Shown piece after piece: positions 62,294 through 64,000 of a stretch of DNA of 64,000 nucleotides (the first letter of the stretch is position 1; each line of letters starts with the position of its first letter). A model generated the notes under the pieces. It was not told where the DNA came from. It saw nothing but the letters and a program-made list of their open reading frames with translations, and ran no database searches. Position numbers and translations under genes: made by a program. The stretch comes from Marsupella aquatica (Eukaryota; Plantae; Marchantiophyta). The stretch covers positions 18,799,011-18,863,010 of the forward strand of contig OZ316897.1 in the NCBI GenBank assembly GCA_973895155.1, read 5' to 3'.

Positions 62294-64000
62294 TGTTGTG
62301 GTGCGTCCCATGGCTCCCTAAACCCAAGAAACCCCCCAGCTCAAGCCGATTCCCGCAGGTTTCGTGCTTGGCGAGGCCGTTTCTGCGGCTTAGCGACATG
62401 GGACGCTGCTAACCTTCTACTACTACTATTAACATTTTACACACATATACTGGACAGATCCTTCATCGGGTCATGAGATACGTAGCCGGCCTAATATAGG
62501 CCTTCCCCTGTCTTCCCCTGTCTTCCCCTCCGTCTTGTTAGGTATGTTTGGATTCCGCCGCCGGAATGATCCCCAATAGGCTTGGTTAAGCCGCTAAGAC
62601 CTCTCTCAGCTCGACACATCCAACTCTCACTCCCCTGCTTACTTTCCTTCCTTCTGTTGATGTGGGCACTCTTCACACAAGTTAATGCGACACACAAATA
62701 GCAAAATGACTCATTCTGACTGAGTCATACCATGCACTTGCCATACAAACAGTACATCTCATACACAAGTTCTGCGAACTAAGCCGTGAGGCCAACTCTA
62801 TTCAACTCTTAGGCATGAGGAAACATGAATATACACAAGGGTCACTGTATGACTAACCGAGAGCTTCTCGTACTACTTGATCCCAGCCCGGCTGGTGCAA
62901 ACTAAAAACTTGCTAAAGAAGAGGCCCTGAGCTCCCCGCTGCCCAGGTACTTATCCTGGTAGTGGATCCGCCATTCTTTGCATCGTAAGCCTAATCTACT
63001 TAACAGTAATCTACTTGCCCGAATCTACCTATGTACAGCAAGGCAGGAGCACAAGTGTTGCTCCTACCAGTGGGACCGCAATCCCACTAAGCTAAGTGTT
63101 AGGGCCGCTCCTGGTTCTGATCCTAATCCTAAACGTGGAGATCCGCGCCCGCCCTGCCCACTCACGCCTCCTCCCTCCACGTCCGCCCTCCCTAAAAGGA
63201 ACGGCGCCCTTGCACCGTCACGACACCGGTGGTGGATCCTTAATGGACGCCCCCAACGCTTCCTCCTCAGCCATTGCCGTAGGTTCATTCTCTGACAGAT
63301 TACCTGCCCTTGACTGAGTCAACTCTCCATCGGCCTGACTGGGTCCACCTTCGGCTTCAGCCTCGACACCGGCCTCGGCAATACCCACGGCTTCGGCCTC
63401 AGCCACTCCCACGGCTTCGGCTTCAGCCACTCCCTCGGCTTCGGCCTCCCCTTCCCCTAGGGTAGTTGGATCCTTAGCCGTGATCCTGTCTGGGGTCGGT
63501 GCTGGGTCTACCTCCTTGATCACCACGGCCTGTGAAGTCGTATTACTCCTTGACCCTGAAGGTTTTCGCTTCTTCTTCGTTGGTGGCTCGGCAGCTGGTC
63601 CCTTCCCCTTCCCACTTACTTCCGGCACTGGTGCAGTTGGCGCGGCTTGTCCTTCGGCAATTACCACCCCTGGTAACTGGTTTGTCCCAACGGGAGATGG
63701 ACCTGCTGCAGCTAAGCATTTAAATACTGCGGCTTGTTTCTTTAGCCGCTCTGTTTGGTTGTCGGCCCGCCGCTGTAGGTTCTCCATCTTCCTCGTGATT
63801 TCCTCCAACTCCTCTTGGGTTTCATCCAGGTCCTTACGTGCCCCCTCCAGCTCGTTTTTGGCCTCCTCCTGCTCCCTGTGGGCTTCCTCCAATTCCTTCT
63901 TCAAGGTAGCCCTCTCCTCCTGGGTTGCTCTTAGCTCCTTGTTGAGCTCTGCAATGATGACAGACTCCATCTGGTTCATCTTGGCGTAAGTCTGTTCGAG
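62294..64000 (-). mobile_element. Second insertion into the CACTA gene, probably an LTR retroelement, running past the window end
   Basis: CACTA coding similarity stops near TGTTGTGGTGCG (62294) and composition shifts to GC-rich. No diagnostic domain or second end lies within the window. Confidence 0.45.
63218..63979 (-). CDS. TE-associated coiled-coil ORF with basic NLS-like patch and (AEAEAVG)n repeats; may extend beyond the window
   Basis: Open 253-codon frame with a heptad-like E/K-rich N-half, PPTKKKRKP and 24-bp repeats. No family recognised. Confidence 0.5.
   Translation of the reverse strand: MNQMESVIIAELNKELRATQEERATLKKELEEAHREQEEAKNELEGARKDLDETQEELEEITRKMENLQRRADNQTERLKKQAAVFKCLAAAGPSPVGTNQLPGVVIAEGQAAPTAPVPEVSGKGKGPAAEPPTKKKRKPSGSRSNTTSQAVVIKEVDPAPTPDRITAKDPTTLGEGEAEAEGVAEAEAVGVAEAEAVGIAEAGVEAEAEGGPSQADGELTQSRAGNLSENEPTAMAEEEALGASIKDPPPVS

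Larger units (their letters stand above)
57060..64000 (-). mobile_element. CACTA (En/Spm) DNA transposon, one terminus in window
   Basis: TIR CACTAGTAGAAAA at 57060, preceded by ATA (candidate 3-bp TSD). Dense GGTCAT/ATGACC subterminal repeats to ~57790, including a perfect 15-bp-stem hairpin at 57295-57330. Confidence 0.85.

Noticed and set aside
63480-63989. 169-aa plus-strand ORF
   Set aside because: Antisense shadow of the coiled-coil ORF.

Overview
Eukaryotic, intron-containing plant DNA, most likely from a bryophyte such as a liverwort (inferred from gene and TE content). Four host genes are supported: an intronless F-box/kelch-like gene (4264-5685, -), an SRC2-like C2-domain gene (27837-28844, +), a multi-exon FANCM DEAH helicase gene (32201-42041, +) and a START/polyketide-cyclase gene (50293-50784, -). 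FANCM has a clear U12-type AT-AC intron and a candidate extra in-frame exon in its helicase domain. Most remaining DNA is decayed transposons. These include non-autonomous Helitrons with 35-bp minisatellites, an L1-type LINE split by a ~7.8-kb LTR/Ty3-gypsy block whose integrase ends in a PHD finger, and three MITE-like TIR elements. The right end holds a four-level nest: CRE-clade retrotransposon > Sola-like (DUF7869-type) transposase element > CACTA element > 2.36-kb solo LTR plus a second insertion. No CRISPR, rRNA or tRNA genes were seen, and I found no convincing wholly new biological system. All calls come from reading the sequence by eye; no searches were run.
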